A stretch of DNA of 63,340 bases, filler included, from Olpidium bornovanus S191 (lineage: Eukaryota > Fungi > Olpidiomycota): NCBI GenBank assembly GCA_017911155.1. It is 30 parts of 30 records of this genome, joined end to end, with 100 filler letters (N's around TTAATTAATTAA, not from the genome) between each part and the next. Parts side by side here need not be neighbours in the genome. Positions count along the whole stretch, not along the records: positions 34,959 to 36,367 come from JAEFCI010005025.1; positions 36,468 to 38,663 come from JAEFCI010012465.1; positions 38,764 to 43,381 come from JAEFCI010000143.1; positions 43,482 to 45,927 come from JAEFCI010003275.1; 26 more parts are not named here. One strand, 5' to 3'. Within the stretch, counting starts at the first letter, position 1, and every line of letters begins with the position of its first letter. Below are positions 34,959 to 46,027 of the stretch, piece by piece. Below the pieces are notes generated by a model. The model saw nothing but the letters and a program-made list of their open reading frames with translations, did no database searches and had not been told where the DNA came from. Made by a program: the position numbers and the translations under genes.

Positions 34959-36240
34959 GATGGGCTCTGGACCGCCGGTCGGCCAAAATCGATGAGGCCG
35001 CTGATGTTGTCGGTGTGGTCTTGCGCAAGGGGATCGGAAATGGCTCTGATGCCGCCAACTGGCCGAGTCTCGTCCATGGCATCGTCCAGCTGAGGTGACT
35101 CCAATTCGCCTTCGATGCTGCTGAGAGGGCGCGGGTTCAGCACCGGCGTTCGGATTCCTCCGTCGCACGAGCTAAGCTCCATGGACACGTCGTTCATGTC
35201 GCTTTCCGATTCGTTTCCCTCCTGGCTTCCCTCCAGGGACAAGCGAAGGTCAAACGGATTATCCAGACTAAACGAGACGGGCGTGCCGCTGGTCAGCGTC
35301 CGTTCTTTTTTACGTCAAAAGCGCGAGCGCCAAGGTGACTGTCACGCCTTACGCGCTGCCTGTTGACCCGAGGTCGGGCATTTCAAACCCAATGCCCTTA
35401 TTGTCCCGGAGAAACGAAAGCGACGGCGAGCGCCCCGGGGATTGCAAGCCGATCTTGCTGCTGCGCCGCGGTTCCCTCGGGGAAGGCGAGGCGTCCTTAT
35501 TAAAGAACCTAACGGCGTGCGAAAAGTCAAGAAGGGCCGATTGACGAAAACCGGTCTGCTAATCCTTCTGCGGAATCAGCTTCTTGCCTAACGTGTGCCA
35601 TCTTGGCGAAGGTGACCCTAGACTGGCGGCGTTCCTTCCTGGTTTTTGGTTAAACGCTGCAACTTAGCAACCGTCTTGATCAAAAAGGGATTGCGGATTC
35701 ACATTTGACGTACCGAGCGACCGCGTTCGGATCGTTCTCTTGGTCGATACGCTCAAAAGCATCCAGCTTCCCCAGTCCACTACGCAAGCAAAAAAAAATC
35801 CGTCGGTCAAAGGTCTCAGTCGCTCCTGTCGCGTGGTCAAAGCCACGCAAAGAACCCGCGCTCACGTGTCGGCGTCGTCCCCGTTGCCGGGGGCGGTGGA
35901 CGCGGGTTCCCTTTCTCTCTCGGCCAACAACCGCTGGAGACCCCTGGAAGCCGCAAAAACGTGAGTGTACCGCTCGGCCCCGGGAGGGGGGAGGAGAGGG
36001 GGGGGGTTGGGCAACAGCTTTGGGGGAAAAAACCCTCGCGGATGTTTTTTTAAACGCCCTCACCGCGCCGGCTCTTCCGGTTTGTTCGGCGGCGGCATCG
36101 GCTTTTCGGGCGCTTCCACGAAGTTCTTGATGCTGAGGACCGTGTTTCTGGTCATCACCTTCTCGGCGAGAGACACGCGGCGTTCCGACCTCGCGGACGG
36201 GGACTTGGACAAAATCCGGGCGGCGATCTGTTGCCGGTTC
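34959..36240 (-). CDS. Hypothetical intron-rich, Ser/Pro-rich disordered protein, internal fragment
   Basis: At least five small exons joined by GT-AG in consistent phases (...KPMPPPNKPEEPAR|GLQRLLAERE...|GLGKLDAFERIDQENDPNAVAR|...SLDNPFDLRLSLEG...). Confidence 0.4.
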
Positions 36241-36295
36241 CGTCAGCAGGGTTCGCGTCTCTCGCCCCTCCGAGCGCAAAAGCGCATCGATCGAC

Positions 36296-36336
<41 letters not shown>

Positions 36337-36467
36337 CCCCCCCCCCCCCCCCGCCCCCCGCCGCGCCNNNNNNNNNNNNNNNNNNNNNNNNNNNNNNNNN
36401 NNNNNNNNNNNTTAATTAATTAANNNNNNNNNNNNNNNNNNNNNNNNNNNNNNNNNNNNNNNNNNNN

Positions 36468-38663
36468 ACCATGTTTCTGACGTGAGCTTGTTGCCCAGGT
36501 TCCGTACCGCTTCTTCAAAAGCCTTCACCAGGCGGTCCGCCTGCAACCCCGGGATTTTATTTAGTTCGCTGCTCGACTGCACATGACAAACGAGCACAGT
36601 GGTCGCGCGTGAACATACCGCTACATCTTCCGGCGAGGGCCCTTTCCGCCTACACGTTTTCCGGATGAGCGTCATATTCGGGACCTACCCATTCGCGAAA
36701 GCAGAAAAAAAAACCCCCAACAAGCGTACCCGAAGTACTCTTCCAGCACGGCATCCACGTTTCCGCCGGGCACGACGCCGCGGTCGTAACCTGCGAGAAA
36801 CAAACGGGGAGAATTTTTTTGATAATCAAAGCAAGCCGACCGCGAAATCTGCTCTTCGACGACCCGGTCTTCTCGTCTGCCGCGGGGGGGAGGAGGGGGG
36901 CCCCCCAAACTCCCGCCGGCCGGGACGAAACGCGCGCGCACCTGTCTTTTCCAGAAAAGTCGTGATCGCCAGCAGCCGCTTCTTCATGCGGCAGCGGACG
37001 ACCACCGCGCGCGCGGCGAACAGGAGCCGCTTGAAGGACCGCGCGCGCCGCTCCCACTCCGTGGCGGCCAGCCCCCCGTTCGTAAAGACGGGCGTCCGCG
37101 ATCCCGTCGCGCCCGTCGTCGACTCGGCCGGCGGCGGCCCGCGGCCGTCCACCCGCCGCGTCCGGATCAGTTCCGTCACGGGTTTGGAAGACGAGACGAA
37201 ATGCGCGGCGTGCACGACGTAAGGGGACTTGGACGCCGCGGTCTGCGCCCTGGCCTCGCGCTGTGCTCGCGACGCCACGAACGCTTGAGGTCACAGGGAG
37301 AAGGGTGAGCGAGCGATTCGTAACCGTAGCCGTCACCGTCCCGCGATTTGCGACATTCCGCTTTCGCACCTTCCAGCTCATCATCATCTGGAAGGTGTTC
37401 GCCGTGGCAGACAAAGCGGTGCAGCTCTTTGGATCGTTCAAACTTTGCCTTTTTTTCGACGTAGTTAGACGCTGTCACAGAATTTTGAACCCGAGCTGTA
37501 TTAATTTGATTCGTAGCGCAGCGATACCTTTGCGATGATCTCCTCTTCTATCTGGGCCGCCTCAAGATCTGCGCGAGTTATATCGTACATACCGTCTGTC
37601 AGAACGTCGAAGGGGACGCCTACGCCTTCACACCACGTTCTACCTTTTTGCCTCCGCAGAGTCTGACCGTGCTTCGCGTGGACATTACTGCTCTCGCGCC
37701 TTGCCGCAACCGATCCTGCAGCTCCTACCGAGATTTCCATGCAATTCGCTGGCTCCGTATCTCCCGGCTGGTTGAAGTCCCCGCGGTTCTCCGCGTTCGC
37801 GCCGACGGTCGCCGGGGCATTGGAGTCGAGGGCCAACCCGCCGGCGGGCTGGGCCTCGTCCGACCGTCGAGATCTTCGCCCCGTCCGGGGACCCGTCCTC
37901 CGCCGCTGCTTGCCTCGCTTCTGCTTTTCCGCTTCCAGGACGAGCTCCCTAACGCGGCACGGCAGGGACGAACCCCAGATCTCGCAGACGAACGGGACGA
38001 AACCGAACTGGGCGATGTTGACCTCCATTTTGGAGATCGCAGTGATGTGCGCAAGGGGCGTGAAAGTCACGTGGATGTCGGCCTGTCCGCATCCCGGGAC
38101 TATACCTGAACACGGCGAAATTGCTCGTCGCGGGTGTAACTGCCATTCGCAAACAAGGGCACCTTTGGCGCGCAACATCGCAGCTCCGTACCTCTCAACG
38201 GCGAAATGGTGATGAACGGATGGGGCTCGATCAAGTTGAGCTCGAATTCAAAGTCAATGGGCACCTTGCAACGCAATGGGATGACCTTCGTCTGACTTGC
38301 TTCCGTTCCATATGAAGAATCACGTAGTAGTAGATGAGCGCGGTTTGTTAATAAGTTGTCCGTCCTGGATACACGCGCGACAACAGCAACACCGAAGCGG
38401 CCGGGGATCTCCGGGGCTTACGTTTCTGAGATCGGCGCCAACCCGAACGATATTTTCTTTGGAAACATAACGTCGTTCATTATGGGGTAACTATAGCGGA
38501 AATGGAGTGAACTCTTCCGCCGTTCGCAGGAACAGAAACGATTTTCCGTTCACCAATTTCCCACCAGTGTATTGGGACAATAAGGATCTCGTCGTTGCTT
38601 GTCCGAACACGTATGCAATCATAATAGTACCGCCAACTATCCGGCACGAATTCCACCGTCATG
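36468..38663 (-). CDS. CFAP221: Central-pair projection protein CFAP221/PCDP1, internal fragment
   Basis: MTVEFVPDSWRYYYDCIRVRTSNDEILIVPIH; ISPCSGIVPGCGQADIHVTFTP...MEVNIAQFGFVPFVCEIWGS; WERRARSFKRLLFAARAVVVRCRMKKRL, matching CFAP221 blocks (FSPDEWRYYYDCIRV; GIIPANG..VTIKFTP; QKRFQQVARKV). Confidence 0.9.
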
Positions 38664-38763
38664 NNNNNNNNNNNNNNNNNNNNNNNNNNNNNNNNNNNNN
38701 NNNNNNNTTAATTAATTAANNNNNNNNNNNNNNNNNNNNNNNNNNNNNNNNNNNNNNNNNNNN

Positions 38764-39798
38764 CCCCGGTCGAGGGATTCGACCCAGAGGCGTAAGCCCG
38801 AGCAAGTGGCCTTTTTTTCGGCCCAGAATTGTTTGCCAACGTTGTCTCTTCCAATTTCATTTCAACACCCCCTCCCCACCCATGCTGGGAACGACCAGGT
38901 GGCACTTCGACATTCATGGAAATTTGATCTCGGCGCCTCCCGCTGCTTATGAAAACATGGAGGTCCACCAGCTGCCCATGATTCCTGTGCATCAGATGAC
39001 TCACCCCGTGGCGCCGCACTTTTATCAGCACCTGCCGCCCCCGCACATGTTCCGCCCGGCGTGCGTTCCTCAATTCCCCCTTGGCAGACTTCCCATGATG
39101 CGTAAGCGTTTCTGAACTCAATCGGTTACCATGCATTGACTGGTTGCGCCTCGCGCGGGCGACTGACTTTTGTATTGCGTATACAGCCTATCCTCGTCAC
39201 CAGCTTCAACCCGACGTGCCAGAGATGTTCCATGCCCAGGCAAGCATTCGCCCGACGTACCACAAGAAGTCCGGCGGACACAGCAGGTAAGCGGGGGCGA
39301 GGCTCCTCGGCTTGCCGGTCTGTGCCAATCGCCGGCTGACATGCCCTGTGGTCGCGTAGCAATTCCCCTCCCCTCTGTCACTTCTTCGCGCAGGGCCGTT
39401 GCCGCAACGGCTCCCAGTGCCTGTTCTCTCATGAACATGGTACTCAACAACAGTCAGGAAAACACGGCCACTCCAACGGTCACTCTGCTTTCCAGAACGG
39501 ACGCGCCGATAAGTTCGGCCACAACCGCCATTTTCATCACCACCACGACCGCAATCACCACGCCAACGCCCTCCCTCAAAGCTCCAGAGATTGCCGTTAC
39601 TATATCCTGGGAAATTGCAGGAACGGTTCCAACTGCCGTTTTGCTCACGACGCCAACTGCCGTCTTGTCCCGGACGACTCTGCCAGCAACACCACATACT
39701 CTGCCTTGTCCACGCCGGTCTCTATTTCCGAGCCGATCTCTCCGACCCCGGAATCTCAGGCTGCCGCCCAAGATGCCTCGCAGGCTGCTGCCGCGTAA
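38764..39798 (+). CDS. Tandem CCCH zinc-finger protein, 5' partial
   Basis: Spliced frame gives CHFFAQGRCRNGSQCLFSH and CRYYILGNCRNGSNCRFAH (both C-x7-C-x5-C-x3-H); stop TAA 39796-39798. This frame is not in the supplied ORF track. Confidence 0.85.
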
Positions 39799-40823
39799 GC
39801 GGCTCCACGCCCTTGTACCTTAAGGTCCTGGCCGCCGTTTCCGTTACCGGCTTCAGCCGACCCCGGAAATGACCACCGTTCGATGTTCCCCCCCTCTTCC
39901 CCCCCTCTTCCCCCCCTGCCCGCGCGGTTTTTCAAACCTGTCATTTTTGCCTGTGCCCGCTTCCCGCCGCCCGATTTATCATCAGCGTTTTGTGTACCAT
40001 GCTGCCTGCTTTTATTGCGGCCCCCCCCCCTCCCCTTTTTTTTCTTGTGAAGACGACGCGGCACGTTTGATCCCTATCAAGAAAAAAAGGAACTTGCGAA
40101 TTGATCGTATCTCAGAGACTAATTCTTTTCATTCCTTTCTTTTCCTTCCTCAACCCTTTTTGTGTTTTGTTCTTTTTTTTTTTTTTTTTTTAGCTTTTTC
40201 CTTTGCTTTTTGTTTTCGTTGCCACGCGCCGCCCATACACCGCCGCTTCTTTTTTTGCTTATAGAAAAAGAGAAAGAGGAAAAAAGCTTGCCGCATTAAG
40301 TACGATCCCTTCAACACGTCTTTACCACGCACGTTTCAAACTTCACCCCTCACTCTCCCAATGTTCGCGATTCCCCCCCTTTTTCCCCATCTCCCTGTGC
40401 TTGCCATAGTCGACCTCAACGGCTGAAATTAAGAAAGTGCGGAAGTAACGTGATTTCGTGGAGGGGGGAGGGGGGTTCTCTTTTTCCAATTATGTCCCTC
40501 AAATATATTTTGAAGCCGGTTGAACTGGCGCCGGACGGCATGTTCTCCAACTTGGGCAGAGTCAGCAAATGTTCCTAGCGCCAAACGCGGAACCGCCCTC
40601 CGCCACGCTGCGCGGTTCAATCGTGGATTAGCGTCGAATGCGAAGGGGAACATCAGCAATAATGACAGAGCGGTCCGTGCCCAGGGACGGATATCACAGG
40701 TGATTCCTGCGGGCGACATTCAGAAAATTACGAAAGCCGTCTGCCTTCGAAGCATCATGAACTGCCTGCCGCCGGCAAGTCGGCGGCAAAACAGACCGAA
40801 CTATAAAACGTCCAGCGGAGATA

Positions 40824-42925
40824 TTATTTCCTTCCCAATGTAAAAGTACGTCCACCTGTATGCGGCCTTGAAGCGTACAACGCCGGAAGCGGCAGTCGCA
40901 ATGTCAGCGTGTTTGCCTCTATCAAGATTCCCTGCAACCGCCCAAACCCACCCAACCCAAGCCAAATCGGCCCCCCTCCTCTCCCCCCCCCCCTCCCGCT
41001 TTCCCCCTTTTTTCCTGTTACACCAATTTCCAGAAGATCCTGAACCAGATGGCGTACCGTCCTGCGACTCCTCAAGACCTCGCACAATCGCCGGGCAAAA
41101 GGGAACACCTGCCGGGAGTTCTCGATTTGGCCGGCGAAGGCAGCCGCGAGATTATCGTCCCCCCGATGTCCACTCCGTGACGGTTTCGTTGCGCGTACAA
41201 CGCTGAGGAACAGCTGCACTGCAGGCGCTGATGTCCATGTGGTGCCGAGCGCCGGCTTCACTGACGAGCCCACAAAGCTGGAAAGCGGATTGCTAGGACG
41301 CGCTCCCACGGTGCCGTTCGTCACCTGATGGCAATGGGCGCCTTCCGTTAGCAACTAACCGGGACTGCACGTGGGGAATTCGCGGAAGAACATTACCAGC
41401 ACGACGATGTTGTGAGTCCGGGCCAACGAATTCAACATGCGGCTCATCGTTGTCAATAGGTAAAATGCTGCAAATTCTACCGCATTAGTTATAACGGCCT
41501 CGAGGAGAAACAGCCCTCGATCCCCACTCACATCTCCAAAGCTTTATCGTTAATATGGCGGAGAAAGGAGCCGAGACTGAGTCTACCACAACGATTCGCA
41601 ATCGCGATTTTTGTCCGCTCTGACGCAGTCAGTAAATCAGCGGCGTGTTGATACAACCATCGCTTTCACGGCACATACCTTTAGCTTCACACCCTGTTCT
41701 GCATGCACGCATCGAACAGTTTCCAGCAGCGCCGGAACGTCGAAAACGCGATGTACGGTAATCCTCGATAGTAGATCACTTGCTTCCTGCATCCGCCCGT
41801 TGCGAGCGGCCCTTTTAAGTCTAAGGGTTGGTCTATCATGCGGCGGGCGGAGAATTTTGAAAATTCTCGACTGACCATGCCGCCTTCCCGCACTTGAACA
41901 AAGCGATCACTCTCCGTAAAGAGCTCCGCAACTCGTTCGGGCGAAAAGGCCGCCCCGGAGTCGATATAAACGGCCGTCGCGGTGGGATCAGAAGCCAGCG
42001 CAACAACAACGGCAAACAGGCAAAGCTGAGACGGAGTCGGGGGGAGGGGTTGGTCAGACCAGCCGGCAGGACAGCGGGCGCGTGGGGAGGTCTGCCTTAA
42101 AGAGCCGCTCTCGCATTGAACTCTGTTCTTCACCTGCGTTTTCCCCGAAGCGGGCGCTCCGGCGATCTCCGTCACCTCTCCAGCCTTCAGCCCTCCTTCT
42201 AAAAGCCCGTCTATCCTTATCGCGGTTTTTTTGTCCGCGCAGAACGGGGAACGCTTGAGCCCGTGCCGTTCGTTGGAACCGCGAACTCGCCGGGTACAGT
42301 AGGTATGCCCGCGTCCCCCGGGCTGTGGCGTTCCCGCCTTCCCCACATCCCCACCCCCGCCCCACCTCCCGCCAGCTTTCTTTTTAACGCACCCGTCACA
42401 ACCGGTGGACAGCCACCATTCCGGCCTAAACCGCCACTTCCTCCGGAGAATATCGAACGCTGTCGGCAAAGGGTCGCGCGCCGCCGACGTGGCAGACCCG
42501 TCTGGGTCCGTATCTTCCGCCGAGAGGATGAGACGCACGGCCGCGGCGATGTTCTGGAACAAATGCGGCGTTTTGCGCCCTCAGCTTTCTGACGAGCAAG
42601 CAAGGCTTCCTTTATTAGCCGGGAGAAGGACGGTTCCGGCTCGTTGGGTACGCACGGAGGGCAGCAGGCCCGTGTGTCTCTCAATGTCGTGGGGATCGAC
42701 GGCAAGGATCTCCTTGGCTGTGTGACGCCGGGCGAAGGGGAAAAACAAAACAAACCAAAAAAGGACGTAAAGTCAGTTTTTTCGGGCGGAGGCCGTCGTT
42801 ATTTTCTGGGGAGGTTTTTTTTTCTCTTTTAACTCACTGCCGCGAATTTGGGCCCTCGCAAGCGCGTCCAGGGCCTCCTGGCCGAGGGCATCGCGGAGGC
42901 CGGGGACACGCGCGAGGGGCGGCAT
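40824..42925 (-). CDS. RAD51D: RAD51 paralog RAD51D-like, near complete (last exon uncertain)
   Basis: LSTGCDG|IDGLLEGGLKAGEVTEIAGAPASGKTQ|LCL (Walker A); VYIDSGAAFSPERV; LSRITVHRVFDV; RIVVVDSVSA (Walker B); LARTHNIVVL|VTN...VKPALGTTW. Confidence 0.88.
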
Positions 42926-44455
42926 TTTTTTTTTTCCGCTTTTCCGATGGAGTGGCGCGTGTCCTGCGAGCGCGCGCCGGCGGGGGGGGGTGTTGTTGGT
43001 TACCTCGCGCGGATTTTTTTTTTTTTTTTTTCCCGTCTCTCGTTGTGCTGGTGCCGCCCGAGCGAGAAACGGGAAGAGTGAAGGAGAAAGAGAGAGAGAG
43101 AGAGAGAGCGAACCCCCACAACATGGAGATGGCGGCCGATCCACGTGGGCACACATCCGGTCGTTTGAAAGAACGTGAGATTGTAGATTATACTCACGGG
43201 GAAAGGTTAGGAGCAGTAGTAAGGCCAAAAACAAAAAAAAATGAAATTAAAACCGATATACATGTATATATGTATATATACTTAAAACCGGCAAGGAAAT
43301 CCAAAATTGGGTCAAGAACGGGGCAAACAGTCCGGGAGAGGTAAAAACGAGGACGACGCAATATTTCAACGCATCGCCCTCNNNNNNNNNNNNNNNNNNN
43401 NNNNNNNNNNNNNNNNNNNNNNNNNTTAATTAATTAANNNNNNNNNNNNNNNNNNNNNNNNNNNNNNNNNNNNNNNNNNNNCATGACGAGGGGGAGGGGG
43501 GAAGGTGTTCCCGAACGTTTAAACCCTTCACGAGAGAGCCCGGGAGCAGAGTCAGTCATTGCACAACAAACGAAAAGGGTCCAAACCCGCGCACGCAGCT
43601 TGTAAAGCCGCTGGGAAGGTTTTTTTTTTGTTTTTGATAGGAGGGGGTAGAAGAGTTTCGGGCGTCCGAGTTTCCCCCACCCTTCCTCGAAAGCCGCGCA
43701 GCGCAGCGAGGACCGGGTGTTGAAAATCAATGTTTAACAGTGGCAATTATTTTTGTTTGCGACGCGGAAGAGAGCCGACGAAGCCCAAGCACGAGGACGA
43801 CACGCGAGGAGGCGAGCGCAAAAAAACCTTTTCCTTTTTGGTTTTGCTTGGGATGTTTGCGTCTGGTACGGTAAAAGCCGGCAGCGACGGAGCACAGGGA
43901 CAGGTTCGGCCCCGCGAATGTAGAGTAAGAGCGCATAACACGATCGTTTATTTATTGCTGTGGAGTACCGTATACAACCCACATTACGAAATGGGAAGAT
44001 GCCGAACCCACTTTTCAGCAGACAGACTCAACCTTGGCACACCCTCCCCCTCCCCGCCACTCCCCCTCTCCCTCGATTCACTTCTAACGTTTTTTTCCTT
44101 GTTTTGCGTTCCGCTCCGACAACCCTTCGAAAGGCAAACGCTAATGTTTTTGACGCCGACCGCAGAGCCGCATAAACGTTTTTGCGTAAATCACTCTCCC
44201 TACTATTTTGCGCCCTTCCCTTTCGCTCCCCAATCGTTGTTCTGATTCAAGATGTATGCAATGCGAGCCAGCGGCAAGGTGCTTTCACGGCATAGAGGCA
44301 GCACGCGCGAAATCGTTGCCCATAAGTAACAAGCAATTTGTGGTAATTGTCTTCCCTAAGGTCTACAGATTGTGTGCTTCCCGGTTACCGCACGGAAACA
44401 CCAATACACGATTGTTCTCGGCAAAACGACCGGCTGCAGTTTCTTCTTCCCCTGT

Positions 44456-45893
44456 TCACTGGCGCATCAGCAACGAGAACCTGTCCGCCGTTCCCCTCTG
44501 CGATCCTGCGGCCGATCTCTCGCTCGTCGATCGGGCCGCCGCCTCTTTTCGCGGGGTCTTGACCTTTGGCCTGTCGGTCTTCTTCTCTCCCTCCCTGATC
44601 TTCCGTTTCGCCGTCTGCTGGCGGGAGGCGAGCGTTCGAACCGTCATCTCCTCGGCCTTCATCTTCGCGTCAACCTCGGCATCATCGGCCGGGCCGCGTG
44701 GATTTTGGAGTGCCTAACGGCGTCCGAGACGCGGGACGTGGACATTATACCGGCGAGAGTTTTGGAGTTACAAAACTTATTTTTTTTCTTGGTTTTGCGA
44801 ACAGGAATCTCGCTATCAGCGAACTTGCCAACAAAAAAAAAACCATACCTCCACCTTCTTGTTAAACTTCTGGAACGACCGGCGTCCGAAGGAAGCGCGC
44901 TCGTTCATAAACGGCAAGAGGCTCTGGGTGTATTCCACAACAAACGCGCTGGAAGTTCGTGGTTTTTTGTGCTTAAAGCACGAAAACATGCAAAATTGTG
45001 GCCCCCACAAAACAAAAAGACGCTGCGACCTCTCCTCTGCTCAACTTTCCGGCTCTTCTGCTTGCAAAGCGGAATGCGGCACCGGAACGGGCTGAGGACA
45101 CCCCGGCAGACAAAACTCACGGTTTTCCTATATTGGCGGCGTTGCCGCCTTCCGCGTCCAATGTCCAGTGAGCCGCGGTTATGAACTTCTTCTGCTCTTT
45201 CTCCAGCTGCTCACGGAATTCCTTGTCTTGGGCGCGTTGCATGAACTAAAAAGCAAATTCCGTGCAAAAAACCAGAAAGAAGCAAGGTACAACACGTCGT
45301 GGGTCACAGCAAAACGGACACGCCCCTCCCCCCCCTCCTTCCGCCTCCCCCGGGTTCCCGAGGGAGTTCACCCCCCCGCGCGAAGGGCACACCTTCATGT
45401 TCAGGAGGCTCTTGGACAACTCCTTCTTCGCGCTGCCGCCCGCCGCTCCTGCCGACGTGGAAGAAGACGACGGCGTGCCGGGCTTTGGCGAAGAGGAGAA
45501 CGGGGCGGCGGCGGTGCCCGAAGGCGTTCCCGGCCGCTCTCGGCCGTTGCCGTTGCTGCCGCCGGCGACGGTGGCGGGCTTGTCCGAGCGCGGGTCGGGT
45601 GTCCGCGCGTGCTGCGGCCGTTCCGTTCCCGCGCCGGAGGGACTCGTTTTTCGGCTGGCCTTTCCGCCGCCTCCTCCGCCATCTCGTCCGCGTTCCTTGC
45701 GGCCGCGTTCCTTCCTCTTCCGCTCGTCTTCTCCGTCCGCGCCGCCCCTGTTCCGTGCCGGCGGCGGCGGCGGTTGCGGCGGCGCCGCGTTATTGTCCCG
45801 ACGGCCGCCGGCCTCTTGGTCGTCCCTGGCGCCGCGCCATGGCGCCCCGCTGTGGCCGCCACGGGCGCGCCCGACGTCCCGTTCGCGCCACAT
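44456..45893 (-). CDS. MPP6: Exosome cofactor MPP6-like with long N-terminal extension
   Basis: KELSKSLLNMK|FMQRAQDKEFREQLEKEQKKFITAAHWTLD ... SFGRRSFQKFNKKVE matches MPP6 LSKNLLRMKFMQR...HWYLD...GRMSFRGFNPEVE. Confidence 0.85.
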
Positions 45894-46027
45894 GAACAGG
45901 GCGCGCGCGCCGGGGGTCGCAGGGGGGNNNNNNNNNNNNNNNNNNNNNNNNNNNNNNNNNNNNNNNNNNNNTTAATTAATTAANNNNNNNNNNNNNNNNN
46001 NNNNNNNNNNNNNNNNNNNNNNNNNNN

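Noticed and set aside
38770-38792. GGGTCGAATCCC on the minus strand resembling a tRNA T-loop
   Set aside because: No T-stem, acceptor stem or D-arm can be built. No tRNA, rRNA or snRNA gene was recognised anywhere in the window.
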